Virus record (IMG/VR): IMGVR_UViG_3300036770_000877
Location: 32,001-96,000 of that record
Length of the DNA stretch: 64,000 nt
Source: a virus
Reading direction: 5' to 3' (one strand)
The notes under the pieces were generated by a model. It made no database searches. It worked only from the letters and a program-made list of their open reading frames with translations, and was not told the origin of the DNA. The position numbers and the translations under genes are program-made. Each line of letters begins with the position of its first letter. Within the stretch, counting starts at the first letter, position 1. Of this stretch, positions 10,193 to 20,507 are shown in pieces.

Positions 10193-12637
10193 CTATGCTC
10201 TTTGCCAGGCAACTAGGTACGGAGTAAGGCCATAATCAATTATATTAAACGCAATTTGTTCCTCGCCCAAGCTTTCTTGGGGAGACCCTACAAGAACCTC
10301 ATACTCTGTTTCGGCATCAAACTGATCTAGGGTATATGCGGCCATAGCAAATAAGCCAAGAGTAATGTCCGTCTGATTTGCTCCCGCATCATCTGAACCC
10401 ACATATATATTAGATCCAGCATTAATCTTTGAAGTCGACGTTAATACAACATGTACCCAATCGTTTATCATAGCTTGATTGTTAAATGATTCTTGTCCAT
10501 TTACATACATCTTAGAAAATCCTGAATGCTGCCAAGAAGTCCCGTCCCAGTATAAAGATTTTGAGCCAGACTCCAAAATGTACGTATTTGCCACTAAAGG
10601 TACATTTATCTTAAATACCATGGAAATAGACTTAGTTCCGTTAAATCCTCCAGAATCATAATTACTTGATTGAGACGGGATTGTTAAATATGAATCTCCA
10701 GATAATCTAATACCAGACTGATCTAGTCTATCTAATACTTCGACATCATCATCAAATATAATCGCATCATCGATATTTACTATTGTTGCAGATTCATTTG
10801 TATTATCTGAAACCACCCGCTTCATTCCTTGGGTATATGCATATAGACCAATGTTTGACAAGATTGGCAGATCGTCTTCGGAGTCATTAGTAAATAATGT
10901 AGCTTTTATATTATATTCCGTTACCTGATTTGCAGGGTTATCTACCAGAGTAGGCATAGAAGCCATTCTAGGCCATTGTAAGCCGTTATTATAGGTAACT
11001 GATACATTTGATGAGGAAGTTGTATAAAAGGCCAGAGAACCGCTGTAATCGACAGCAGGCAATGTTATAAGGCCTTCTATCTTTCCATATTGAGACCATT
11101 TAAGATTGTTATTCATCTTGAGAATGAATGTTGCTTCTTCATTATATAATGTGTAATCAGTTAAGCTTTCATTCTGAATTCCTGATTTAATTGCTATCCA
11201 AGTTACTGGACATACGGCATATAGGTCATTTACTTTTCCTACATATAAATCTGTTATTGTTTGCAAGTAGTCTACGGATGTAAATATGCTTGATCCATTT
11301 AGGTATACATTAAGAGAGCCTACTTTATTTTCTATTAGGATCTCATTCCATCCCGCCGCAGGGCTTGTTGTAGTTGTAGTATCAATACCGTTTAGACTAA
11401 AAACAAAATCATCTGAGGCATCTACTCTAATATTAAAACTCTGGCTTGACTGAAAATTATACATCGATACTAGACCTTTTTCTGGTGCTAGTGGATTATG
11501 ATAAAAGCTTAGAGATACTGCTGTACCACTTTCTGCCAATCTTATAACTGTTGATAAATCAAGGTAGGCCCCAGCCCCCAGGGACAAGCAGTTTCTGGCA
11601 TCTACTACAGAATGAGTTTCAGTACCACCAGATACCGTAGCGTGTGATATGTATCTTAAAGATACTTGATTATTTGAATTAACAAGAGCGTTATCAAAAT
11701 CAAATCCTGTCCAATTATTGGCGAACTTATAGGCTAGCAGGCAGTCTTTATTACTTGGTTCATAGTAAACCTGAGAGTTTGCATTATAGTATCTGTCTTT
11801 AAGAATTGTTTTTCTTGATAAGTTCATGTGCTCTGCTGCACGAACATAATCTAATACATATCCATATAGAGCAACTGCGTCAACTGTTATGTCGTAATTA
11901 TCAGATCCATAAGTTCTCATGGCTCCTGGGTTTTGGCTAAACTGAAATATTTCAGATAAATCTGCAGATGATTTTGTTGATACATTTACTCCATTTACAA
12001 TTAAAGATATTCCATTAGATGAATAGTTGGCAACAATGTGATATCTCCTCTTCCAGTCTGGAACCTGATAAGAAACATAATAATTTATTAGTGGGTCTGG
12101 CCTAAAATAAATCTTGTTCTTATAAACATAAACTCCATAAGGAGCTAATACTGTTGCATTTAATATTTGATCATATGTCTCAAATGCAGCTAAGACATCT
12201 GAGTATGTGTCGTAGTCGTCAATTAAATCTGTATATGTCTGTATCAAAGAGTTTTCTGATGTTTGTAAGCTGGCTTTGTTTCCAAACAATACAATTTCTT
12301 CAGAGATAGAAAGAGAGTCTTCATTTAATTTAAAATAAAGCTCTACGCTAAATGATTGATTGCTTTTTCCTTTTGTCCATAGGCTACCGTCAATCCATGA
12401 CTGTCCCGACCCTGAAGCACCTGGTATTGGATAATAAATGCTAGCAGTAGAATCTGTTAGCCTAGTACCATAAATACCATTGGCTACCAATGGTATTGCT
12501 TCATCGAATATCGATCCAGTATATGCGCCATTAGAACCACTGCCTGTGGCCTCTCTAGCTATACCAGTCGTAACGTCGTCATCTAAAGGCCAAAAAGACA
12601 GCGGGTTCTGAGATATAATTACTTCTCTGTAACCCAT
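10193..12637 (-). CDS. Virion protein with concanavalin-A/LamG-like domains
   Basis: NPLSFWPLDD, FSVELYFK, YHIVANY, DAVALY, WVHVVLT LamG-type motifs. Confidence 0.7.
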   Translation of the reverse strand: MGYREVIISQNPLSFWPLDDDVTTGIAREATGSGSNGAYTGSIFDEAIPLVANGIYGTRLTDSTASIYYPIPGASGSGQSWIDGSLWTKGKSNQSFSVELYFKLNEDSLSISEEIVLFGNKASLQTSENSLIQTYTDLIDDYDTYSDVLAAFETYDQILNATVLAPYGVYVYKNKIYFRPDPLINYYVSYQVPDWKRRYHIVANYSSNGISLIVNGVNVSTKSSADLSEIFQFSQNPGAMRTYGSDNYDITVDAVALYGYVLDYVRAAEHMNLSRKTILKDRYYNANSQVYYEPSNKDCLLAYKFANNWTGFDFDNALVNSNNQVSLRYISHATVSGGTETHSVVDARNCLSLGAGAYLDLSTVIRLAESGTAVSLSFYHNPLAPEKGLVSMYNFQSSQSFNIRVDASDDFVFSLNGIDTTTTTSPAAGWNEILIENKVGSLNVYLNGSSIFTSVDYLQTITDLYVGKVNDLYAVCPVTWIAIKSGIQNESLTDYTLYNEEATFILKMNNNLKWSQYGKIEGLITLPAVDYSGSLAFYTTSSSNVSVTYNNGLQWPRMASMPTLVDNPANQVTEYNIKATLFTNDSEDDLPILSNIGLYAYTQGMKRVVSDNTNESATIVNIDDAIIFDDDVEVLDRLDQSGIRLSGDSYLTIPSQSSNYDSGGFNGTKSISMVFKINVPLVANTYILESGSKSLYWDGTSWQHSGFSKMYVNGQESFNNQAMINDWVHVVLTSTSKINAGSNIYVGSDDAGANQTDITLGLFAMAAYTLDQFDAETEYEVLVGSPQESLGEEQIAFNIIDYGLTPYLVAWQRA

Positions 12638-12651
12638 AATATTCCCTACTA

Positions 12652-12855
12652 CTAAGCTAGAACAGCTGTTATTTGAGCTTGCTTTTCTGCAATTGAAGCA
12701 TTGAGCTCAGCAATCTTATCTGAGTCAGGAGATGTCTTTGCATTTTCTGCAATTTTTTCTACCTCAAGTGCGTACATCTGGTATTCAAGACTTCTTGCAG
12801 CCGCCTCTTGGATAGCTGTTTTTTCGTCTTCAGTTAGTTTTGTGTATGTTGGCAT
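12652..12855 (-). CDS. Small helical hypothetical protein
   Basis: 67 aa; GAAAGGAGG RBS. Confidence 0.65.
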   Translation of the reverse strand: MPTYTKLTEDEKTAIQEAAARSLEYQMYALEVEKIAENAKTSPDSDKIAELNASIAEKQAQITAVLA

Positions 12856-12885
12856 TTTTCCTCCTTTCCAAATTATATCAGTATA

Positions 12886-13065
12886 TTATAAATCTGACAA
12901 TAGGTCTTGGCACACCTGCTTTTTTAATATAGCATCGTCCAATATTAACCTATTTGATTCTTTATCAGGGCCAACCTCATCTGCATATGGGGTAAGCCTT
13001 TCTATTAAATCTTCTAGTCTCTGTATTTCAGATAACAAGAATTCTGTTTTATCGCTTATGTTCAT
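12886..13065 (-). CDS. Small hypothetical protein
   Basis: TAATG coupling to the upstream gene. Confidence 0.55.
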   Translation of the reverse strand: MNISDKTEFLLSEIQRLEDLIERLTPYADEVGPDKESNRLILDDAILKKQVCQDLLSDL

Positions 13066-15101
13066 TATAGCCACGCAGTATAACTTGAGTAGGAAGAGTT
13101 TCCTGCAGAGTTAGTTGCTCTTGCCCTCCATCTAGCATAAGAATAAGTTGAGCTATTTCTTGTAACTGTTTTTGTTCCGCTTCCGCTTACGCTACCAGAA
13201 GCAGAAGCTTCAACGGTAGAGGTATTGGAATCAGAAAGTTGTAGATCCCAGTCATAACCAGTTGGTGTTCCACCAGAACCCTGGTTAATTGTAAGAGTCC
13301 AAGTATAGTATCCGTTTATGTATCCATCATAATTATTTGACACCGACGGTACCCCAGGAGTTGTAACTGCAGATGTTGTAGATGCAGTAGCTGGACCAGA
13401 CCAAGCGGAAGTTCCCCCTGGACCAACTGATCTAACCCAAACATACCATGTTGTTCCAGATGCTAAACCACTAATTGTTTTAGATGTACCAGTTTGATTA
13501 AAATCTACATAACTTCCTGGATTATAGTTGGTGCTATTATAGTAAATATCATATGAAGTAGTATTAGCCATTGCATTCCAAGATGCCGTTATTGAAGATG
13601 TTCCTCCAGAAGATGCACTTAGTCCAGTAGGAGCGCTTGGTGCTGGTACTGGATATGTTCCAGAACTTGTTCCAGTTCCGCTAGTAGCATCAGACAAACT
13701 AAGGCTACTTGATCCAGATAGTGTTCCAGCTAACGAGGCCCCCGTTGTATAAGCAGTAACTGAAGAAACAGATATATTAGTTCCAGCAAGTGTCAGGGAG
13801 TTTCCATTCACCTGTTGACTTCCAGAAGATCCATCTGCAACATAACTAACAATATAATAAGAAGCTCCACTAGAACTTGTCCAAGATATCGTTGCCTGCT
13901 TATTTGTATTTACTGCATAAACTCCTACAGAGTAACTGCTACCTGGTGTTGCTCCCCAGTTATCATTTGTAACATATCTAGCATTAGATCTGTATCCTTC
14001 TGAACCGCCGCTGATATAAGAAAAATAATAACTAGCATTAGATGTAGCATTCCAGGTATAACTAACGTTGTTTGAGGCAAATGTTAGTCCAGAAACTGAT
14101 GGTGTACCAGGAGTTGCTGTAGCATTTGATATGCTATAAGTAAAAGCACTTAATGTTGTAATTGTTGCAGTTGAGCTATAAGTATATCCAGATCTTTTAT
14201 CTGAAGTTGCTACAGAATACTGTACTGCGTAACCTTGATAATTTGTCGATCTTGGTGCAATTGTATAAAAAGTTGTAGACGAGTTAGCGTTGGTATAAAT
14301 TTCCGTTATTGTTTGACCAACTGAATACCCAGATGCCGAAACAGTTTTCCAAGGGGATCCCGATCCAAAAGTACCAACCCAAATTTCATATGAAGAAGCT
14401 CCAGCTACATGCTGCCACTGAATAATAACCTGCCTGTTTGAATTAACAGATCTAATACCTACTTGAACATTTCCAGCCGTACCAGTTCCAGAATATGTTC
14501 TATTTATTTGATCAAAGCTAGATATAGAACCGTTAGTTGTAGTATATTCATAAGCGGTTGTATTTGCGGTTGCTGACCATGATCCAGAGTAGGTACCCGT
14601 CCCAGTACTAATGCTTACAGAACTTGGAGAGCTTGGTGTAATTGTATAATCATAAACTGTTGCGGATGCAAGATATGGCAACTCTATAACTGATGTAGAA
14701 ACTGTAATAGGTGTTTGACCTCTACTGTTTGTTGCTGTTATGGTTACTGAAATAACTGTTTCAACATCATCTGATGTAGTTGTATACGTTTGAGATGTTG
14801 CACCAGATATATTTGCGCCATTTCTTTTCCATTGATAAGAGTATGAAGTTGGATTATATGCATCTTCATTTCTCCAAGTACCGCTACTAATTGAATAAGT
14901 TGATCCTAGTCTTCCTATAGAACCAACTGTAGCCACTATAGATGGGTATACAATTATGGATGGGTATTCTGGATAATTAATCTTCCATGAAGATCCATTC
15001 CAAATCCATCCTCTTACGGCTTTTTTAAATGTAGAATTGTTATAAACATTTAATTTTATTGCTTGCTTAAAATCTGAACCATTGTATATTTTTAAAGCCA
15101 T
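13065..15101 (-). CDS. Ser/Thr-rich virion protein with Ig-like and fibronectin type III domains
   Basis: YSYQWKRNGANISGATSQTY (Ig); PSAPTGLSA..SITASW..ISGLASGTTWYVWVRSVGPGGTSAWS (FN3). Confidence 0.8.
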   Translation of the reverse strand: MALKIYNGSDFKQAIKLNVYNNSTFKKAVRGWIWNGSSWKINYPEYPSIIVYPSIVATVGSIGRLGSTYSISSGTWRNEDAYNPTSYSYQWKRNGANISGATSQTYTTTSDDVETVISVTITATNSRGQTPITVSTSVIELPYLASATVYDYTITPSSPSSVSISTGTGTYSGSWSATANTTAYEYTTTNGSISSFDQINRTYSGTGTAGNVQVGIRSVNSNRQVIIQWQHVAGASSYEIWVGTFGSGSPWKTVSASGYSVGQTITEIYTNANSSTTFYTIAPRSTNYQGYAVQYSVATSDKRSGYTYSSTATITTLSAFTYSISNATATPGTPSVSGLTFASNNVSYTWNATSNASYYFSYISGGSEGYRSNARYVTNDNWGATPGSSYSVGVYAVNTNKQATISWTSSSGASYYIVSYVADGSSGSQQVNGNSLTLAGTNISVSSVTAYTTGASLAGTLSGSSSLSLSDATSGTGTSSGTYPVPAPSAPTGLSASSGGTSSITASWNAMANTTSYDIYYNSTNYNPGSYVDFNQTGTSKTISGLASGTTWYVWVRSVGPGGTSAWSGPATASTTSAVTTPGVPSVSNNYDGYINGYYTWTLTINQGSGGTPTGYDWDLQLSDSNTSTVEASASGSVSGSGTKTVTRNSSTYSYARWRARATNSAGNSSYSSYTAWL

Positions 15102-15103
15102 GG

Positions 15104-16999
15104 TTAAGCCTCATGCTGTATATATATGTCGCCAGCAACTAGATTAGAAACTGGTTGTGTTCCACTGCTATTATAATAAACCTTATTAGCATTTCCAGGT
15201 GTTGTACCATTAGAGTATGCTGATGTTGTTATTTGTGCCCATGAAGCCGTGGTGCCATTTGTTGTAAGAAAATAACCAGAAAATCCAGATTGAGAAGGAA
15301 GATCACTTACCGTAGTAGATCCACCCAAAGTAACGTTAGTTCCATTAATTGTTATGTAGTTATATTCTAGTTCGCTATTTAATACACTTGCTGTGCTTGT
15401 CAATATACCCGATGAATTTGTTTTTACAAATCCAGATATTACAAGCGGGGTTGTTATTGAACCAGTAAATATTGGAGATTCTGATGGAGCACGAGTATCT
15501 ATTTGATCTTGTAAGTTGCTTTTAGCATTATCTAGATATGATATCTCTGTATCGGTAATATTTGCTACCGCATTTTGTAATTTTACCCATGTGCCACCGT
15601 GGGCAAAACTCATAGTCCCATCTTGATGAGAGTGTGCTAGTGCACCATGATATGTTGAAGCACTTGGAAACTCTGTCTGATTGTTGTAATAAAAAGGAAT
15701 TATATTTGAAACAGCTGGTGCTGTAATTGCCCCTGTATCAGATATAGTTACAAGAGAGTCTTGTAAAAGCTTACCAGTTGTAGCATCAAATCTTACTATT
15801 GCGTTATCTGTTGAAGAAGCTGGACCTACTACATCTCCTAAACCGCCGCCTGTTGATGTTACCGTTGCCCATGAAACGCTTGTTCCATCTGTAGTTAAAT
15901 ACTTACCAGAATTTCCTGTTTGTGATGGATAAACTCCGCTTAATGTTGCTCCAGTAAAATTAACACTTCCAGTAAATGTTGGGGAAGCTAGTGGTGCCTT
16001 TAAGTCTAAAGCAGACTGAGTAGCGGTAGATATTGGCTTGTTAGCATCTGATGTATTATCGACATTTGCTAACCCAACCATTCCTTTTGTAATACCAGAT
16101 ACCGTTCCTGTAAATGTTGGATTATTTAATGGGGCTTTTGCTGCCAAAGAGTTTGTTACGGTTGTGGCAAATGATGCGTCTCCGCCTAATGCGTCTGATA
16201 ATTCTTTTAATGTATCTAGGGCTGCTGGAGCAGAGTTTACAAGATTGGATATTGCTGTATCTGTATATATGTTTGCTGCTGATTGTGCTGCCGCCGCAGA
16301 TCCATCTGCGTCATACAGAATGTCTGCTTCTGATTGTGTTAAATATTGTGGATGTGGGTCTGCTGCTGCTAGGTGTCCAGAAAGATCTCCACCAGTAGCA
16401 CTAATTGTAATTGTGTCTGTAAGTGGATCTGTTGTAATTGTAACATTGCTTCCAGCGGTAAGATTAAGAGTGTCAACTGTAGAGTCTGCAGATACTGTAG
16501 TCTGACCTGAAACTGCTATGTTAGAAAATGTATTTGGAACTACTGTTCCTACTGCTGCAACGTTTGCCCATTTGGTTCCTGTTGCAGTTGTGGAGTCGGA
16601 AACCAAAACATAATCGTTGGTTCCTGGAGTAATAATAGAAACACCGCCAGCGGTACCAATTGGGATAGCTCCCTTTACTCCGCTAATTGCTGATGTATTT
16701 AAATAATCTGTATGGACATGTGATAACCCTGAATAAAGGGTGTCATGTGTATGTGTATTTTGAGAATATCCTGCAAGGTCTGACGTCTCTAGGTATTCTG
16801 TATGGGTATGTGTTGTATTTGCATAAACCCCCTCATGTGTGTGAGTGGTTGTAGCGTAAACGCCATTATGAGTGTGGGTAGTCTGTGAATAATTATTTAA
16901 ACTAGTATCTACTGCTTGTGCGAGTAATTGAATGTCCTGTGGGACATTTGGGTCATCAGACGAGGTGGGATATGGGAATCCCTTACTGGTATTTGGCAT
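15104..16999 (-). CDS. Tail fibre-like protein
   Basis: HTH(xx)Y fibre repeats; APAALDTLKELSDAL motif; GLANVDNTSDANKPISTATQSAL; GKYLTTDG repeats. Confidence 0.8.
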   Translation of the reverse strand: MPNTSKGFPYPTSSDDPNVPQDIQLLAQAVDTSLNNYSQTTHTHNGVYATTTHTHEGVYANTTHTHTEYLETSDLAGYSQNTHTHDTLYSGLSHVHTDYLNTSAISGVKGAIPIGTAGGVSIITPGTNDYVLVSDSTTATGTKWANVAAVGTVVPNTFSNIAVSGQTTVSADSTVDTLNLTAGSNVTITTDPLTDTITISATGGDLSGHLAAADPHPQYLTQSEADILYDADGSAAAAQSAANIYTDTAISNLVNSAPAALDTLKELSDALGGDASFATTVTNSLAAKAPLNNPTFTGTVSGITKGMVGLANVDNTSDANKPISTATQSALDLKAPLASPTFTGSVNFTGATLSGVYPSQTGNSGKYLTTDGTSVSWATVTSTGGGLGDVVGPASSTDNAIVRFDATTGKLLQDSLVTISDTGAITAPAVSNIIPFYYNNQTEFPSASTYHGALAHSHQDGTMSFAHGGTWVKLQNAVANITDTEISYLDNAKSNLQDQIDTRAPSESPIFTGSITTPLVISGFVKTNSSGILTSTASVLNSELEYNYITINGTNVTLGGSTTVSDLPSQSGFSGYFLTTNGTTASWAQITTSAYSNGTTPGNANKVYYNSSGTQPVSNLVAGDIYIQHEA

Positions 17000-17041
17000 T
17001 TATTCTCCTTGGTCTATTATACCAATTATAAGTGCTAAAGG

Positions 17042-18580
17042 CTAAGAAAAGCTTATTGTTCCTGAACCAGACGTAAATGATGTTACTTTATATCCAGCAA
17101 CTGCTGTAGATGTTGAATATGCTAATCCAGCAGAGACATTTATTGTCTTATCATTTGGATATTTAACAATCACTATACCAGAACCACCATTTCTACCATA
17201 GTTAGTTGTATCTGTTCCTCCGCCGCCACCAGAACCAGTATTAGATGATGCAGCTGTAGCAGTAGTACCTTCTTGCTGACCACCGCCTTGTCCTGCTCCA
17301 GCACCTCCAGGAGCTCCACCTCCTACGTGTCCACCTCCACCACCGCCTGCTGCGTATACTACAGATGATCCAGTAATTGTTGAAGTAAACCCACTTCCTC
17401 CAGCACCTCCACGAGCAGCGCTAGTTCCATTTAATCCTGCGCTACCTTTACCACCTCCACCGCCTGCTCCTGCTGCGCTTCCTATATAACCAGCTCCTCC
17501 AGAATTACCTTGACCAGATGTTCCAGCACCTCCAGAAGACCCCTGACATCCCGCACCACCACCTGAACCACCAGGTCTACCATTGTTATCGTGTGGACCT
17601 CCTCCACCACCACCAACTGTTGTTAAATTATGAAATACTGAACTCTCTCCGTCTGTTCCATAACCAATCGACCCAGTTCTACCAAGGCCTCCAGATCCAA
17701 CTGTTACTGTGTAAGACAATGAAGGTGTAATAGATGTTGATCCAGAAAGAAGACCTCCAGCTCCACCGCCTCCGCCGCCTTCTCTATATGCTCCATTACC
17801 CAATCCTCCTCCACCTCCACCTGCAACAACAAGATAATCTGTTGTAAATGGTTGTGGAACTATAGAGGTAATGCTAAATGTTCTTGATGTAGGTTGGTTC
17901 GACCCATCACTTGCATTAAGAGTAAATGTATATGTCGTATCTGAAGAAATGTCTGGCAATGTTCCAGATATAACTCCTGTTGATGAATTTAACGTTATTC
18001 CAGAAGGTAAGGTAGAGCCACTTGCTAGAGAATAGGTAATACTATTATTTTCTTCATCAGAAGCTGCGACTGAAACAGATATTGATGTTTGTTCATAAAA
18101 TGCACCTAAAGAACCACTTGATGTTGTCCAAATTGGTGAATCATTAACAGTAACTATATCATAGTAAACTCCATAAAGATTTGATGGATTTGTAACCTTA
18201 ATATCATAGGGTTCTTTATCTTTTGATAACGGTCCAAACTGGGCCTGTATTAACTGTGTGTTTGATACAGTTGTAGTAGTTGCAACATATTCCGTTCCGT
18301 CATTTCCTACCAAAGTTGCAACTGCTCCAGTAGCAAAAGCAGTTCCTGTTATGTTTAATGAGTTAACAGAATTTGTTTCAAGAACTGAGCCAGTGTACCC
18401 TACAACCCCTGGAGTTTCTGCAATTATATTTTGCCAACCATAAGTGGGCCCTGTATAAAGCTCAAGTCTTTGAAGCTCACCATTTGAATATAATTTTCCA
18501 ACCCCTGGATTTGCTGGACGACCAGCTGTATTACCATAGGGAATTCCTCCACCAGTAATATCTGAGAATTTAATTGTCAT
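17042..18580 (-). CDS. Glycine-rich virion protein with putative Ig (He_PIG) domain
   Basis: LPSGITLNSSTGVISGT; DYLVVAGGGGGG..GGSGIVIVKY glycine-rich domain; ATGA coupling at 18580. Confidence 0.8.
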   Translation of the reverse strand: MTIKFSDITGGGIPYGNTAGRPANPGVGKLYSNGELQRLELYTGPTYGWQNIIAETPGVVGYTGSVLETNSVNSLNITGTAFATGAVATLVGNDGTEYVATTTTVSNTQLIQAQFGPLSKDKEPYDIKVTNPSNLYGVYYDIVTVNDSPIWTTSSGSLGAFYEQTSISVSVAASDEENNSITYSLASGSTLPSGITLNSSTGVISGTLPDISSDTTYTFTLNASDGSNQPTSRTFSITSIVPQPFTTDYLVVAGGGGGGLGNGAYREGGGGGGAGGLLSGSTSITPSLSYTVTVGSGGLGRTGSIGYGTDGESSVFHNLTTVGGGGGGPHDNNGRPGGSGGGAGCQGSSGGAGTSGQGNSGGAGYIGSAAGAGGGGGKGSAGLNGTSAARGGAGGSGFTSTITGSSVVYAAGGGGGGHVGGGAPGGAGAGQGGGQQEGTTATAASSNTGSGGGGGTDTTNYGRNGGSGIVIVKYPNDKTINVSAGLAYSTSTAVAGYKVTSFTSGSGTISFS

Positions 18581-18969
18581 CCTAGTCTCCATCCAAGAGT
18601 CGAACCAGTATATATTAATACCGCCGCTGCTTTATCTACGTCAATTATAGCATTTTCTGCTACCCCGTTAATATTTTTATTATTACGGTTAATAGTAATG
18701 TTATGTGTTCCCGCCGTTCCAGATGCATCAAAGATCTGAACTTCGTCTCCTAAAGAAGGGTTTAATGGAAGTGTAATAATTCTTTCAGATGAAGTGTCTA
18801 CAAAGTAGCGATAACCAACCTGGGCGGTTATATTAGAGGCTACGGTTGCAGAAACTTCTTTCTTTCTTTGAATAAGATCTGCTTGTGTTACATAATCTGG
18901 CGGAATAGCAGCCATTATACCTACATTTACCCATTCAGTTCCGCTCCACACTTTAATTGTTTTAGCCAT
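18577..18969 (-). CDS. Small fibre-associated protein (paralogue of the 22351-24219 C-terminal domain)
   Basis: YFVDTSS..ITLPLNPSLGDEVQIFDASG..NITINRN..YTGSTLGW. Confidence 0.75.
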   Translation of the reverse strand: MAKTIKVWSGTEWVNVGIMAAIPPDYVTQADLIQRKKEVSATVASNITAQVGYRYFVDTSSERIITLPLNPSLGDEVQIFDASGTAGTHNITINRNNKNINGVAENAIIDVDKAAAVLIYTGSTLGWRLG

Positions 18970-20507
18970 TAGAATGTCACCGTTCCACTTCCTGCGGTAA
19001 ACTTGTAAACCTTATACCCAGGTCTACCAATAGTATCTAATGTATATGTTAATCCAGCACTAATACTTGAAATATTTAGATATGAATCTGGATATGCAAC
19101 AATAATCACTCCAGAGCCACCATTACCAGCTGGTGGCGCATCATCACCACGCATTGAACCTCCACCAGAACCTGTGTTGGCTGCACCACTAGTTGGAGTA
19201 CCTCCAGCATTTGCTCCATTTCCTCCAATACCAGACCCTCCAAGACCTATCGTTCCGTCTCCAGAACCACCGCCTCCGCCTCCATAGTAAAGAGTTGTTC
19301 CAGTAATAGAGCTGGCAATTCCAACACCTCCAGATGGAACGTTACCATTTCCGCCTGCTCCTCCACCGCCAGAAGAATTTTGAACTGTATATGAAACGCC
19401 AGGGTTATTTTGTGGAGATCCAGAAACTCCACCAGATCCAGTTGTTCCTGGTCCAGAGAATCCCCCTAAACCACCTCCTCCAGTAAATCCAAATGCTGAT
19501 GTTGGAAAACCATTTTGCTTGCTATTAGTTGCTGTAGATCCAACTCCACCAGCCCCCACTGTAAAAGTATATTGTGTTCCAGGTGTAACGGCAACTGTTC
19601 CTGTATAATAACCACCAGCTCCTCCTCCTGCTCCATAACAAGCACCAGGAGTTCCTTTAGCTCCAGAAGCACCTCCGCCTATTAAGAAATACTCTACGCT
19701 TGATGGAGCAACTACATTACTTACAACAACATTGAATGATCTAGATGAAGTATTAACTCCATCTGAAGCGGTAACAGTAAAAGAATAAGTTGTATCTGAT
19801 AAAATTTGAGGAGCTGTTCCAGTTAATAAACCAGTTGATGAGTTAATAGATATCCAAATAGGAAGATCAGATGATGAATAAATTATTGAGGTTCCATCTG
19901 GGTCTGTTGCAGAAACAGAAACGTTTAATTGTGTTCCTTCATAAATATTAGCAATATTTCCAGATGCTGTATTCCATATTGGAGTACCACCAGCGTCCAA
20001 AGAATTTTCTAATAAACCAAATTGTCCGTCTGGGTTTACAACTCTAATGTCATATGGTTCGTAGGCTACTGGTAAAACAGGTGTTGTCGCTGTTGCTGAA
20101 GTAACATCTATAAAAGTAGCAGTTGGAGAATTATATGAAATTAAATTTGTTCCAATAAATTGAACTGTTAATCCTGGTTTAAAATTTGAACCAGATATAG
20201 TAATCACTGTTCCAGATATTGCAGATGTTGTAGGCAATATGCTAGCAACTTGTGGAGCTGGATCTGTAGACACCTTTTCCCATCCTGCGACTCTATATGC
20301 AATTAAAGCATTCAATGTTGTGTCAAAGTATAAGTCGCCTATTGATGGTGATAAAGGTCTATTTAATGTTGTTCCACGCCCAACGTGTCCGTTTGCTGCC
20401 GTCGCATGTGTTGAAACTGCGGCGGATACAGCAGAAGAAACCTCAGCATCAGTAGCAATAGCTGTATTTGCTGATAGTATATTTGCTATATCTCTGGCTT
20501 TAGACAT
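18969..20507 (-). CDS. Glycine-rich virion protein with IPT/Ig domains
   Basis: MSKARDIAN start; ITISGSNF..YDIRVVNPDG; He_PIG-like segment; glycine-rich C-domain. Confidence 0.8.
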   Translation of the reverse strand: MSKARDIANILSANTAIATDAEVSSAVSAAVSTHATAANGHVGRGTTLNRPLSPSIGDLYFDTTLNALIAYRVAGWEKVSTDPAPQVASILPTTSAISGTVITISGSNFKPGLTVQFIGTNLISYNSPTATFIDVTSATATTPVLPVAYEPYDIRVVNPDGQFGLLENSLDAGGTPIWNTASGNIANIYEGTQLNVSVSATDPDGTSIIYSSSDLPIWISINSSTGLLTGTAPQILSDTTYSFTVTASDGVNTSSRSFNVVVSNVVAPSSVEYFLIGGGASGAKGTPGACYGAGGGAGGYYTGTVAVTPGTQYTFTVGAGGVGSTATNSKQNGFPTSAFGFTGGGGLGGFSGPGTTGSGGVSGSPQNNPGVSYTVQNSSGGGGAGGNGNVPSGGVGIASSITGTTLYYGGGGGGSGDGTIGLGGSGIGGNGANAGGTPTSGAANTGSGGGSMRGDDAPPAGNGGSGVIIVAYPDSYLNISSISAGLTYTLDTIGRPGYKVYKFTAGSGTVTF